Below are positions 39,133 to 51,924 of a stretch of 64,000 bases of DNA, piece after piece; the stretch's first letter is position 1, and each line of letters begins with the position of its first letter. Below the pieces are notes generated by a model. That model saw nothing but the letters and a program-made list of their open reading frames with translations, did no database searches and had not been told where the DNA came from. The stretch spans positions 131,502,001 through 131,566,000 of the forward strand of contig OX597816.1 of NCBI GenBank assembly GCA_951406725.2, given 5' to 3'. Both the position numbers and the translations under genes were made by a program. The DNA is from Octopus vulgaris (Eukaryota).

Positions 39133-40525
39133 TCTTTTCTTCTTTTACTGATTTCAGTCATTTGATAGTGGTCATGCTGGAGCTCCACCTTAGAGCGTTT
39201 TAGTCAAAGAAATTGGCCCCAGGACTTATTCTTTGTAAGCCTAGTACTTATCCCATTGGTCTTTTTTGCCAAACTGCTATGTTACAGGAATCTAAACACA
39301 CCAACATCATTGTCAAGCAATGGCTGGGGGACAAACACAGACGCAAAGATACATACACACAAATACATACATACATACATACATACATACATACATACAT
39401 ACATACATACATACATACATACATACATACATGCAGATATAGGATCATCCCATAAATAATGCAGTTTTTTTCAATTGCATGAACTAAAATTCAGAGGTGG
39501 ATGGGATCAACTACCTGCTTCAGCTTGCAAGAAAAGCAGGTAGTAATTTTACCTTCTCCTTATTCTTAGCGCAAGTTTTGAAGAGTGCAGTTTGATTTTA
39601 ACAGTTATTTTTTCAAAGCTATAATGGAAGTGACAAAGGAGCATATTCAGCATATATTGCTTTACCAGTTTAATAAAGGTGACAATGCAATGGAAAATGC
39701 GAGGAATGTTAATGCAGTATATGGGGATCAGACAATAAATGTAAGCCAGTATCAATGGTGGTTCCAGAAATTCTGAGCTGGAAGCTACAGTCTAGATGAT
39801 GAGCTTTGTGCTGGAAGATCTGTAGAGCTTGATGAGGATGTCCTGCAAACCCTGCTGGAACAAAATCCCATTGTAACTGTTGAGAAACTAACAGAGAAGC
39901 TTGGAATCGGTCATTCAATCATTCATCGACACCTGCATGCTATTGGAAAAGTCAGCAAATTGGGTTTCAAGATGAATGGTGTTCTTCCATCAGGATAATG
40001 CTCAGCCACATACAGCAAGGATAACATTCCAAAGGCTGCAGCAGTTTCAATAGGAAGTGATGCACCACCCAACATATTCACCAGACATTGCCCCATTTGA
40101 TTATCATTTATTCTGAGGTCTTCAAAATCATTTAGATGGAAAAAATATGAATTCTGTAGATAAAGTCAGAACAGTACTGGAGGAGTATTTTTCTTCATGG
40201 ACAAGTGAATTTTGGAAGAGGAGCCTTGCAACTCTACCAGATAGATGGAAGAGCATTGAATAAAATGAAGGGGAGTATATTTTAAATTAAAAAAGAACTT
40301 TGTTTATTTTAACTTTGAAAAATAAAAGAAGTATAAAAACACTGCATTATTTATAGAATGACCCAATATATATATATGATGGACTTCTTTCAGTTTTCAT
40401 CCACCAAATCTACTCATAAGGTCAGCCCAAGTAGAAGATACTTGCCCAAGATACCACGCAGTGGAACTGAACTTAGAACCATGTGGTTGGAAAGCAAGCT
40501 TCTTACCACATATTCATAACTGTAC
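39130..40525 (-). mobile_element. SINE family A split by a mariner insertion
   Basis: The 3' half (39130-39360) and 5' half (40367-40525) are colinear with the copy at 31048-31455. Confidence 0.8.
39440..40366 (+). mobile_element. Internally deleted mariner element
   Basis: TIRs taggatcatcccataaataatgcag and ctgcattatttatagaatgacccaa with TA flanks. Translated pieces include MEVTKEHIQHILLYQFNKG, HQDNA and HPTYSPDIAPFDYHLF. Confidence 0.9.
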
Positions 40526-40688
40526 CTATATGCACATACACAAAGTATGGGGGGTTTAGTTCACAGGTGATCTAAACAATTAGGTACGCTAGGTAAGTGC
40601 TGTAACAGTTTACTGGGGCTTCAAGGTTATAGCCGAGACAAGTAGTTACGGAGACATTGTAATTTTTCAATGCAGCAGGTATATAATT

Positions 40689-41244
40689 GTTAAAGAGGAC
40701 AACAAACATTAAGGCAAGGCAAACATCTCAAGTCATCTACAATATTATTATAGGAAGAAATTCAAAATCTTACAGCTGTCTCTGGGATATCCCCGATTAT
40801 GGGATATTCCGTCGTCAGAGACACATTGGGGAAAAGATATGGAAAATGAGAATGGTATATATCAATAAGATGACAACATAGAGGAAGGGAGTAAAAGAAT
40901 AAGAAGATGGAAAGAAAGAAGAAAAAAGAAGCAGAAAGTTCATAGTTCAACTCATGCTTTGGTTTCTATAACTTCGGAAAGTTGAACTATAGACTTTTAT
41001 GCTTCTTTTTTCTTTTCTCTTTCCCTCCCCTTATTCTTTTACTCCCTTCCTCTATGTTGTTAAATGATTGACATCTAACATTCTCATTTTCCATATTTTT
41101 CCCCAATTAGTCTCTGATGACAGAATATCCTATACTTGGGGATGGATATTCCAGAAACAGCTGTAAGATTTTGAATTTCTTCCTATAGTAATATTGTAGA
41201 TGACTCGAGATGTTTGCCTTGCATTAATGTTTGACATCTGTTTA

Positions 41245-41245
<1 letters not shown>
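40689..41245. repeat. Palindrome (about 265-bp arms) with a hammerhead motif in each arm; Penelope-like inverted pLTR
   Basis: gcaaggcaaacatctcaagtcatctacaatattattataggaagaaattcaaaatcttacagctg is the reverse complement of the right arm. The centre is near 40965. Confidence 0.9.
41109..41170 (+). ncRNA. Type I hammerhead ribozyme candidate
   Basis: AGUCU-CUGAUGA-caGAAUAUCC...GGAUAUUCca-GAAA-CAGCUG-UA-AGAUU. The core is intact but the two base positions of stem II are mismatched. Confidence 0.65.
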
Positions 41246-41312
<67 letters not shown>

Positions 41313-41399
41313 ACGCACACACATTAAATTGCAATGAAAAAAGGGCCAACCTGCTGAATGAAAAATAGTCAACCACTAACACATTTCAATCACTAGCTC

Positions 41400-41660
41400 A
41401 TGATCTCACTGTTTTCTCCCTCAGCCCTTTTCTACCACTACTACAAAGTCCTCCACTTATTTCAATACTCTCTTCACACAAATGCACCAAACACACTCAT
41501 TTCTCATTGTCCCATCACTCTTACTGTGTGTCAGCCTCTCAGATCCGGTACCCGACACTTTTACCAGTTTTCTCTCATCAGAAGTGTTTCCTGTGGAATT
41601 CATGTTTTCTTTCTTACAGGCAGTGGCCTACAGATGTTCAAACAGAATATCCACTAGTCT
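41400..41660 (+). mobile_element. CR1/L2-group LINE ORF2 C-terminal remnant
   Basis: SALFYHYY...FKQNI, with ctgtggaattc (LWNS) out of frame. This resembles the LFYRYY...FFPRT..LWNSLP..FK end of CR1/L2-group ORFs. Confidence 0.5.
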
Positions 41661-42219
41661 AAGTGAATCTACAAAGATCATAGAAACTGCCCCTTTTCCT
41701 CTGACACTAATGAGAAAAAAGCAACACAAAGAATTATGTCATTTATGAGGTCAAACATTCTCATATCTGATTTAACTAAATCTTCTTAAGAATTCCAAAT
41801 TTCCAATACCAACTCACAGCACTTTGAATACAAAGTGTATTCATATTACATGTCTGTAAAATACTGATGATTTTTTAATAACAAACAAACAAAAAACAAT
41901 TACAAAAAACAAAAAACAAAAACTATGAAGAACCTAAAATGTGAAAACTGATCTACAATTATGCCAATGGTGATTATAGTATTAAGAAAAATATACAAAG
42001 ACTGATTAATTTACACAAGAAAATTATAACAACTAAGTTTTTAATATATTTTTCTGTGTTTATCATCATCAGAATACACAAGGGAATGATTCTTAAAATC
42101 CAAGTTGAACATATTAATTTCAAATCTAATAAATATTGAAATATTCTCTAGTGTTTTAGAATGCCTCATTGCCATCTTAACTGACCCAGACAACTACTCA
42201 TATACCAGCTTGATACAAT

Positions 42220-42655
42220 TACACACTGACACTACTGGTTAAATATTTTACACCAACACTAGTTAACTAATATTAGTTTCTCACTGTTGTTAGTCAACTA
42301 GTATTTCATAGAGACACTAGTTAACTAGTGTTTAACACTGACACTAATACTTTGTATCGACATTGGTTAACCAGTATTTCAGAGAGATATAAGATAACTA
42401 GTATTTAACACTAACATAAGTCAACTAATATTTCACATTGAACTTTAACTAGTTTCCCACTGTCGTTAATTAACTAGTATTTCAAAGGGACATTAGTTAA
42501 CTAGTGTTTAACACTGGCACTAGTATTTCATATTGACATTAAATAACTAGTAAGTCAGAGGGACACAAGATAACAAGTTTTAGCACTAACATACGTTAAC
42601 TAATATTTCAAACTGACACTAGGTAATTAGTATTTCACAAGGACACTAGTCAATG
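42220..42655. repeat. Degenerate ~20-22 bp minisatellite with palindromic core actagttaactagt
   Basis: Recurrent cactagttaactagtatttca variants. Confidence 0.75.
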
Positions 42656-42989
42656 ATGACAATGACAACAGTAGCAATAAGAACATCATCATCATCAACA
42701 ATAACAACACAAATTGACCAATATATAATGGTGAACCAGAAAGTAATGCAATTTTTATTTGCATTACTTTTTAGCTTATCCCCATATTTTAAAGTACAAG
42801 TCAAAAGTAATACAAATTAAAATTGCATTACTTTCTGACTCATCCATGTCTTTTTCTTTCAAAAATAAACACCACATCTATCTCAGGCAACAGAAAAAAT
42901 TCACCTTGATAACTCCATCATACCATCATAGTAGCCATGGTAGCCATTAAAGCCATTTCCTTCAATGTTCTTAGCTTTATCAGAAATAT

Positions 42990-43205
42990 TCTTTTCTACT
43001 CCAGGTACAAGGCCTGAAATTTTGGGGGAGGGGGCCAGTCGATTAGATCGATCCCAGTACACAACTGGTACTTAATTTATTGACCCTGAAAGGATGAAAG
43101 GCAAAGTTGACCTTGGTGGAATTTGAGCTCAGGACGCTAAGACAGACGAAATACCCCTAAGCATTGTGTCCAGTGTACTAATGTTTCTGCCAGCTCACCG
43201 CCTTG
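42990..43205 (-). mobile_element. SINE family B, full length
   Basis: Reverse complement of the family B unit, from aaggcggtgagctggcagaaac to ccttgtacctggagtagaaaag. Confidence 0.85.
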
Positions 43206-43849
43206 CTTTATCAACACTATTAACGTTTTGGTTGACTTCCCAAGGCATTTATAAAATACTAATTATTTCTAAAGATACAGAAATATATGTGAAAGAAGAA
43301 CTGACATGCTGTTGTTGTTGTTTATTCTCAGGTCAACTTCAAGTAAGCAGACATATGATCAAAAGAGTTCCTTCTGTGACCTTCCCATCTTTTTCACGGG
43401 CAGATGTATCTGGTTCAAACATCATCCAATGAAATTTTACTTTTCTAAGACCATAGTAGGTTATGGTTAGATGGAAATTTTGCTGCTATTTCTCATCTGT
43501 CATGTGCCTGTGTAGAAACTTCCTCATTGTGTTTTCAAAGAAGGTTTATCATATCACGATGAAAACATTAAAATAGAATCCAATAAAGCAATTTAGACTA
43601 GTAAATCTAAACATAAAACGTGTGTGTGTGTATGTATGTGCGTGTGTGTGTGTGCACGCGCATGTGTGTGTATACACATACATAAATACATACATATATA
43701 CAATACATGCAAATATACATATATACATTCACACTAACCACCAAGTGTATCCCTTGACCAAGTTTGTATACATGAAGCTGATAACATCCAAAGACTTGGA
43801 AAGCAGCTCCTTGAGCAGCATTCCTTGCCTGATAACTTTAAATAGATGC

Positions 43850-44545
43850 CCAAAGAAGTTGCATGATTCTACAGCAATGTATTGTCAGATGAAAGGGTGA
43901 GCATATATCAACAGAAGACCATACATGGACATGTTAGTAGAAAGCTTCGAGAAGATTGTAACATTAATCATCAAAGCAGTGGACCAAAAACTAGTGGACC
44001 AAAAACTGGATTGCCACCTCCTACTTTGAAGTGTGTGTGTTTGCAATCCAAGAACAGGAAATATCAACCAGATATCTGATGCACAAAAGGAACAGAGATG
44101 CAGGAAAAGCAGCAAAATGTGACAACCGATGCAGGCTTTGTGGACTTAACACCAAAGATGTCACCCACATCATAAGCAGTTGTCTGATAATCTCATTATG
44201 GTGTTATCTAATGATGAGACATGATGTTGTAGCTAGGACACTGAATAATGAAATCCATCAGAAGGATAACCTCAAGAACAAAAAAATAAGCTAAAGATCA
44301 TCGAAAAAGAAAATATCTATGCTGAACTATTGAAAAATTTGCAGTTACTTTATTCAGATTACAAGTTCAGGTTTATACTTGTAATTACTGGGGCATTGGG
44401 ATATTAACACACTGTCTAAATACCAACCTTGAGAAATTAGGCTTCTCAAAACCTGAAAGGAAAAAGCTGATTTGAAGACTACAGATTTAATCCAACACTG
44501 GGACTGTAAAAACCTGCAAAACTTTACAGAAATTTATCATTTAAG
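43850..44545 (+). mobile_element. Restriction-like-endonuclease non-LTR retrotransposon remnant (R4/Dong-like)
   Basis: AIQEQEI...CRLCG...VTHIISSC...MRHDVV is the CCHC finger plus RHD motif. Downstream FILVITGALG also fits. Many stops. Confidence 0.75.
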
Positions 44546-44846
44546 TATACATGTGCATAGCCAGATATGCAAGTATATGCATGAGAATACATACATAAAA
44601 CAAAACATATAAATCTGCACCTATACATACACATATATAAAAATGTCCTACTGTGGTTGTTGAGATTCCAATGAAGGAGCCTTGGATCTAGGTTAGAAAT
44701 TAGCTTTTTCTCTATTGGCAAGACGTTTTGAAATAAAGCTGAATAATGACATTCTTACATGTGCACGTATGAAATTATCTATGAACTAGCAAAAGCAGAA
44801 ATTCTTTGCAAAAATAGTAAATCTATAAAATAATTAAATGTATGTA

Positions 44847-44893
<47 letters not shown>

Positions 44894-44954
44894 TTATATA
44901 CATATGTTAATATGAATATATGGACATATGCATATCAGTATGTGTGTGTACATA

Positions 44955-45844
44955 CGAGGTCTGATCAATAAGTAACTGGAATGTTGCTGTAGTAACAAAG
45001 CTAAAGCATGTAGAGTGAAGCCGCTTGGCACAGATTGACCTTGGACACTGTTGTGCAGGTGCACTAAGTTTTAATGTTCTAGCTCACCTTCACTGTTTAC
45101 AATAATGCTTGGAAGGACCATATGTAGTGTGTGATCGTTACATTGACCATGACAGAGAAAGTTATCATGGTGACACCTGCTCAGAGGCCTATGCAAAGTT
45201 GCAGAAAGTGTATGGAGAGGAGTGTATGAGCTACACACAAATGTACGAGTAGTTCAGACATTTCCAAGATTGTCAAAAAAGATGTTGATAGTGATGAATG
45301 TTCTGAGAGACCTGCAACCAGCAAAACTGAGTAAAACATCACAGATGTGCATGCAGCTGTGAGAGGAAATCATCGAATCACCATCCGTAAGTTATCAGAA
45401 GATGTGCAGATTAGTTACAGTTCAGTCCATTATCACCGAAGATTTGAGTATGAGACATGTGTCTGCCCCAAGTTTGTGCCAAAACTACTTTCAGCTGACC
45501 AAAAGGACACTTGGGTTTCAGCTGCACATGATCTCCGTTATTGTATTGAGAATGATGAAAACTTCTTGAAAACTTTGTGTAGGCCACTGAGCAGATATCA
45601 CCAAGCTTTTGGCAAAATTTGATGCAGATTCTCTGCTCAACTTTCTCTGTAATGGTCAATGTAATGATCACACACTACACACATTCCTTCCAAGCGCTGC
45701 TGTAAACAGAAGTGTGCTAGAATGTTAAAAGTTAGTGCACATGCACAGAAGAATTGAAGGTCAATCAGTGCCAAGCAGCTTCACTCTGCATGTTTTAGCT
45801 TTGTTACTATGGCAACAGTCCAGATACTTATTGATCAGACCACG
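44955..45844. mobile_element. Mariner-derived MITE with ~240-bp inverted repeats
   Basis: ta|cgaggtctgatcaataagt...acttattgatcagaccacg|ta. Both arms include the transposase start (MTEKVEQRICIKFCQKLG on the minus strand). Confidence 0.9.
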
Positions 45845-47016
45845 TATATGAACAAATATGCATGTTTGTCACCTTCTCATCTATCATATGCCTCTCTTAT
45901 CACTGTACACCCCACCCACACTCTTAATATCATACTATTTCTTGCTAAATGAAAATTAGGGCAGCAGACAAACTGCTTAATGGCATTTGGCATCTCTTGG
46001 CTCTTTACATTCTGAGTTCAAATGCAGCTGTGGTTAACTTTAGGTTTCATTTTTAAGGCAGTAAGCTGGCAGAATGTTTAGCATGTTGAGCAAAATGCTG
46101 CTAAGCATTTTGCCCATCTTTACATTATGGGGTCAGATTCCATTGAGGTTGACTTCGCCTTTCATCCTTTCGGAGTCGATAAAGTAAGAACCAGTTCAGT
46201 ACTGGGTCAATGTATTCAACTTACCTGCTCCTCCAAATTTTCTGGCCTTGTACCAAAATTTGAAACTACTATTATACTGTTTCTTTCCCAACATACTACT
46301 TGTGTAATGACAAGTAGTCCTGGACCTGACCACATTTAACCTCCCCTCCTATAACTAGACATTGCTCTCTGTAACCATTGCACATTATTACTGTTGTCCA
46401 CCATTCTCTTTTACCTTACTTCCTCCTCAATAACACATTACTATCTTCCATTACTCTCTTCATCATTATACCATTCATCCTATCTTTCAATTCAACCTCC
46501 TTACCAACAACCAGCGTATAACTGTCTATCACTGACATTCTTCTATTACTCCTACTATTACCTCTGCTCTTGTTACTCTGTTTCTATCACCTTACTCCCT
46601 CTTATATTATCCTCTCACTCTGGTTTTCTCTCTTTCATCAGTCTCTTCTACTCACCCTCTTACAATAGACAATGTTACACAAAGAAAAATCCTTTATCTT
46701 GCAGAGACTAAACTAAACATGGTATGATAATATAGAGCCCAGACACTATGAAAGTGGTTGATAAATAGAGATATTCTATTCCATTGTTTTGTTGGGGAAA
46801 GCATATTTCTTGTATTGGTGGTACAATAAAACACATGAAGAATTACATTGTGATAACTTGTCTGACAATGACACCATGGTAAAAATGGTATTGATATGAT
46901 CTCACACACACACACGCGCATGCACATACACACACACAAATGCACAAACACACATACATGCACACATATACATATATGTATGAGTGTATGCGTATATATT
47001 TACATGCATATACATG

Positions 47017-47280
47017 CATCTTCTTTTGAACTTGTTCTAAGATATCTTCATTGAAAAGAAACAACCATTTTATATTTATTGCTTTACTACAGAGGATTAA
47101 TATGTAAATATGTGCATGTGTGTTTGTGCATTTGGAGGAGGTGTACATGTATATGTATATTTGCATGAATGTAGGTATGTATATATGTATGTATGTATGT
47201 GTGTATGTATGCAAACACATACATACATAGGTATATATCTACACATACACATAAATACACACATACCTATATACATGCAC

Positions 47281-47321
<41 letters not shown>

Positions 47322-47369
47322 TATATATATATACATACACATATATATGTATGTATATATGTACGTGTG

Positions 47370-47401
<32 letters not shown>

Positions 47402-47514
47402 CGTGTGCATGTGTGTATATATATATATTTATGTATGTATGTATGTATGCATGTATGTGTGTATATGTATGTATATGTATATATATATACACATATATAC
47501 ATACATGTATACAT

Positions 47515-47573
<59 letters not shown>

Positions 47574-47738
47574 ACATATACACACATATACACAGACAAA
47601 GACACACACACACACGTGTAGCCCACCTCCACATACACAATATTTATATATTAATCCTCTGTGGTAAAACAAATATAAAAATCGTTGTTGCTTTTCAATG
47701 AAGACAATATCTCGGAACAAGTTTAAAAGAACGATATG
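47017..47738. repeat. Inverted repeat (about 95-130 bp arms) enclosing a (TA/CA/TG)n block
   Basis: cttttgaacttgttc...cttcattgaaaag...acagaggattaatat vs atattaatcctctgt...cttttcaatgaag...gaacaagtttaaaag. Confidence 0.8.
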
Positions 47739-48029
47739 ACATGGTTACTGGCAAATTTTCAAATTTCTTTGATAAATAAATAGTGCATTATGGGTGCCGA
47801 TAGGTGCATGTCACCAAGTGCATGTGAATAGGTGCAAACGATAAAGATTACAGGAGTTAAAAAATAGTGGGATGCATATGATAGCAAAGAGCTGAGAGAT
47901 TTGAATTATTAAGGAAATTATCAAATTGATTGGGGCAATAATCTCCCATAAATTAATGAAATGTAAAAATAAAACAGGAGGAATGGTTCTGTGTGTATAT
48001 GTGTAGGTTTGTATGAGTGCCTGTTTGTG

Positions 48030-48065
<36 letters not shown>

Positions 48066-48133
48066 CATATATCCCAGCATGTAAGATAGACATTAAAAGA
48101 TCATGATGATTTGATGATTATATATATCTATAT

Positions 48134-48223
<90 letters not shown>

Positions 48224-48265
48224 TTACATACATAAATATATATATATATATATGTATATATATAG

Positions 48266-48308
<43 letters not shown>

Positions 48309-48369
48309 CATGAGTTGATGCCTTCTAGTATCTCAAAATTCAATATATAATCATTTATGATTATAGTAT

Positions 48370-48478
48370 TCTACGCTGAAGAGAAAAGAAGTTTTCGGTA
48401 AGATAGAATTATTTAATATTTAAATATTTAATTCTTATGCTTTCCTAAAAACTTGATTTCGAAACTTACGTCCGTAGA
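48370..48478 (+). ncRNA. Type I hammerhead ribozyme candidate with very long stem II
   Basis: UCUACG-CUGAAGA-GAAA...(78-nt hairpin)...UUUC-GAAA-C-UUAC-G-UC-CGUAGA. Stem I is 6 bp, the G10.1-C11.1 pair is canonical, and the GUC cleavage triplet ends at 48472. Confidence 0.8.
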
Positions 48479-48799
48479 TAACTTAAAATTGTATGATAGA
48501 TTGCCGTCAATTCATTCTCTCTTACCTGTTTGTGTCTGCCTTCCAATTGCTGTTTTTACTGAGATCTCCTTTTTAGTAGAAGAAATAGCTATAACTCTTT
48601 GACTGCTATTTCTAAATTCGGTATGTGGTAAGGCAATTCGTTGCTAAACCCTTTATTGCTTATATATACATACATGTACACATATACACACACATACATA
48701 CATACATACATACACACACACGCACACACATATTTATACTAGAAGTTTTTTTAAGGATGGGTGCTGAAGCCAGGATAAGCATAATGTTTTTATGCAATA

Positions 48800-48884
<85 letters not shown>

Positions 48885-50044
48885 CACGTGTGTTCAGAAG
48901 CAGATTAAAACATTATATTGCTACAATGTTTTGTACCACAAATATTCCATTGCTATTCACATCCTATATAAGGTTCTTCTTGTTGAAGTCAGAAAACTGA
49001 ACATTCATAATAGTCACACAAGGCAAGAATTTAGTGGCTATAGTTAACTGATTAAATTAACCTTAATACTTAATTAGTACTTTATTATATCAGGCCCAGA
49101 AAGATGAAACACAAAGTTGACTTTGGCAAGATTTGAATGCAGAACATAGAGTGTAAGGCATCTTGTCTGACACTATAATGATTTTACCTGTGTAGTGCTT
49201 TGAATTTTGGCATGTGTACATGGTTAGGAAGTTTGCTTTCCAACCACATGGTTCTGGGTTCAATCCTACTGAGTGGCACATTGGGAAAGTGTCTTCTGCT
49301 ATAGTTCTGGGGGTGACCAAAGCATGGATTTGGTAGAAGGAAACTGAAAAAAGCCTATTGTATACCATCTTCATAATATCATCATCATCATCATCATCAT
49401 CATCGTCATCATCATCTTCTAATGTCTGACTTTCATGCTAGCATGGGTTGGACAGTTTGACAGGAGCTGGCAAGCTGGAGGACTGTACCAAGCTTCACCC
49501 TCTCATTTGGCATGGATTTTACAGCCAGATGCCCTTCCTAACCGCTTTACAGAGTGAACTGGTTGCTTCTTCTAATATAATAAATGCAAAAACTAATTTC
49601 TGTGTCAGTGTGTCACACTTAGACCCCTCTCTCACTATTCGTTGACACTTCTACTATTCCTCATGATGGGGTGAGAGTAATAGTAGGCATAGAAATGGTG
49701 GTGGCGAAGACAGAGAGAGAGAGAGAAAGAAAGAAAAAGAGAGGGAGAGAAAGAGGCATAGAAATTTAGGAAGAGTTGATAATGTTTTGTTAAAAGTAGT
49801 AGTGTTGATGGTTCAGTTGGAATAATAATAATAGAAAGAGAAAGAGTGGGTATGTGAGAGAAAGAGAGAGATGATATACAACTATGTTTAACCATGTCTC
49901 TTTGACAGAAATTCCTGTCACTAACATACTGAACACTATCAGTTTTGTAATCTATTTTTTTCTTTCTTTAATAGATATATATCATACAGACACACACATA
50001 AAATACACTTTAACTGAAATAAAGTTTCCTTAAAATTAAACATA

Positions 50045-50867
50045 TCTGATATAATAAATATGAATGTCAGTGTGTCACACTTTTTCAACTTTCATAAATC
50101 CTTTCTACTGGAAGCACAAGGCCTCAAATTTTGGGGAAAGGAATTGAGTCAATTACATCGACTCCAGTATGTAACTGGTACTAATTTTATCGACACTGAA
50201 AAGATGAAAGGTGAAGTCGAACTTGGCAGAATTCAAACTCAAAACTTAGCAGCCGACGAAATACCACTAAGCATTTTGCCCGGTGTTCTAATGTTTTTGC
50301 CAGCTTGCCACCTCAATATAAAAATATATGACATAATAAATGGGAATGTCAGTGTCACACTTTTTCAACTTTACTCCTAGAGGCTGTAGTCCAACAAATA
50401 CCATTTTGGAGTCAGGCTGACTCAGTGAGTAAATTAAAAACATTCCGGGGCGAATCCAGACCCATTATCCTGACAGTTTGGATTCTCAAGTTTTCATTAC
50501 TGTGATTGTTTTTGGCAATTTTTTTTATGTGATTTTTTGCGACAAATTTTTTTGTATGATAACAATTTTTATAATCTAAAGGCTAACTCTGTGAGTAAAT
50601 TAAAAACATTCTAGGCCGAATCTGGACCTGCAATCCTGAAATTTTGGATTCCTATGTTTTCATTACTGCGATTGTTTTGGGAGATTTTTTTTACTTGATT
50701 TTTGCAACAAATATGATCATCATTGGGATATGACTCTGGAGGAAGCAATTGCAACAAATTCTCTAAAACAAGTCAGAGATCTGTTTGCAGAACTTCCCAT
50801 TTGGGGTCAGTTACTTAAAAGCTATATAGTAGCTTAAAAGCCACATGATAGGGCGGCTTTTAAGCTA

Positions 50868-50868
<1 letters not shown>
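50045..50868 (+). mobile_element. Helitron-like element with an internal ~166-bp duplication and a nested SINE B
   Basis: Start A|TCtgatataataaat...gtgtgtcac. End: 13-bp stem tagcttaaaagcc/ggcttttaagcta overlapping CTAG|T. Repeats at 50415 and 50581. Minus-strand SINE B at about 50100-50312. Confidence 0.55.
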
Positions 50869-50930
<62 letters not shown>

Positions 50931-51041
50931 GTAAGGAAGTGTAACCAGCCATATAAACCAAACCAAATCAGACTAGATCCTGGTGCAGCTTCCCAGCTTC
51001 CTGGCTCTGCTCAAACTGTTACACATAAACACAAATATATA

Positions 51042-51918
51042 CAGGGTGCAATGGGTAAATTATCACCATTCTATATTTTTAATTTCACACATTGTTTGTT
51101 TTTGATTTTGTTGACAACAAAGAAAAGTAGGGTCAGTTGAGCACCATCTGTGAGAAAAACAGCACCATGACACAATTCACTCTGCCAGAAATTTGGGAAC
51201 GACATGCACTGCTTGGCATTCACACCAGAAGCTCCAATATGAACATTTCAGAGTGTTTGCATGTCAATTTGAGGACTGTGCAATTTGAGGACATGTACCA
51301 AGAATGATAAAAATCAAACATCCAATCAACATCATGATGTTTGGAGTGATCACTAGTGATAGTGATGTTATGCCTCCATTCATCTTCTCACACGCCTTCA
51401 GATTTTACAGAGGCCTTCATCAAGTGCCTGGAGGAGGTAGTGCTGCCTTGGGTCAAGAGGGTGGCTACTGGAAGGCCCCATGACTAACAACAGGATTCTG
51501 AACCATGTCACACAAGCAGGAGAACCCAGTCATGACTGTCAGACAATTTCTGCGACCACATCACCCTTAACATCTGGTCACCTAACTCCCCACACTGCAA
51601 CCTCTTTGATTATTATGTGTGGGATGCAGTTGAGCAAGAGACCAGCAAAACTCCTTATAACATCAAAGATGAACTGAAGGCAAGAATTATGGCAGCATCC
51701 ATCAACTTAAATAAGGAGACCATCCAGAAGAGTTGTAGGAGATTCCAAAGTCATCTGGAGGCCGTGTTTGAAGCCACTTGCAATTTTTTTGAATAAATTT
51801 ATTCTTTAGTATTTCAAGATATTTTTATTTAATTTTGGTAAATATATCTGTCACAATAAGATGTCAGCGTTATTTTATTTTTGCTTAATTTAGGCAACAG
51901 TTTATTCACCTCACCCTG
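51042..51918 (+). mobile_element. Second DD37D/maT copy, internally deleted
   Basis: ta|cagggtgca...tcaccctg|ta. Colinear with 13890-14747 but with a different internal deletion. Confidence 0.9.
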
Positions 51919-51924
51919 TATATA

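Noticed and set aside
46843-48350. Cluster of long YI/CV/HT-rich ORFs (also near 25.5, 30.7-31.6, 52.7 and 63.5 kb)
   Set aside because: Translations of (TA)n, (CA)n and (GA)n microsatellites.
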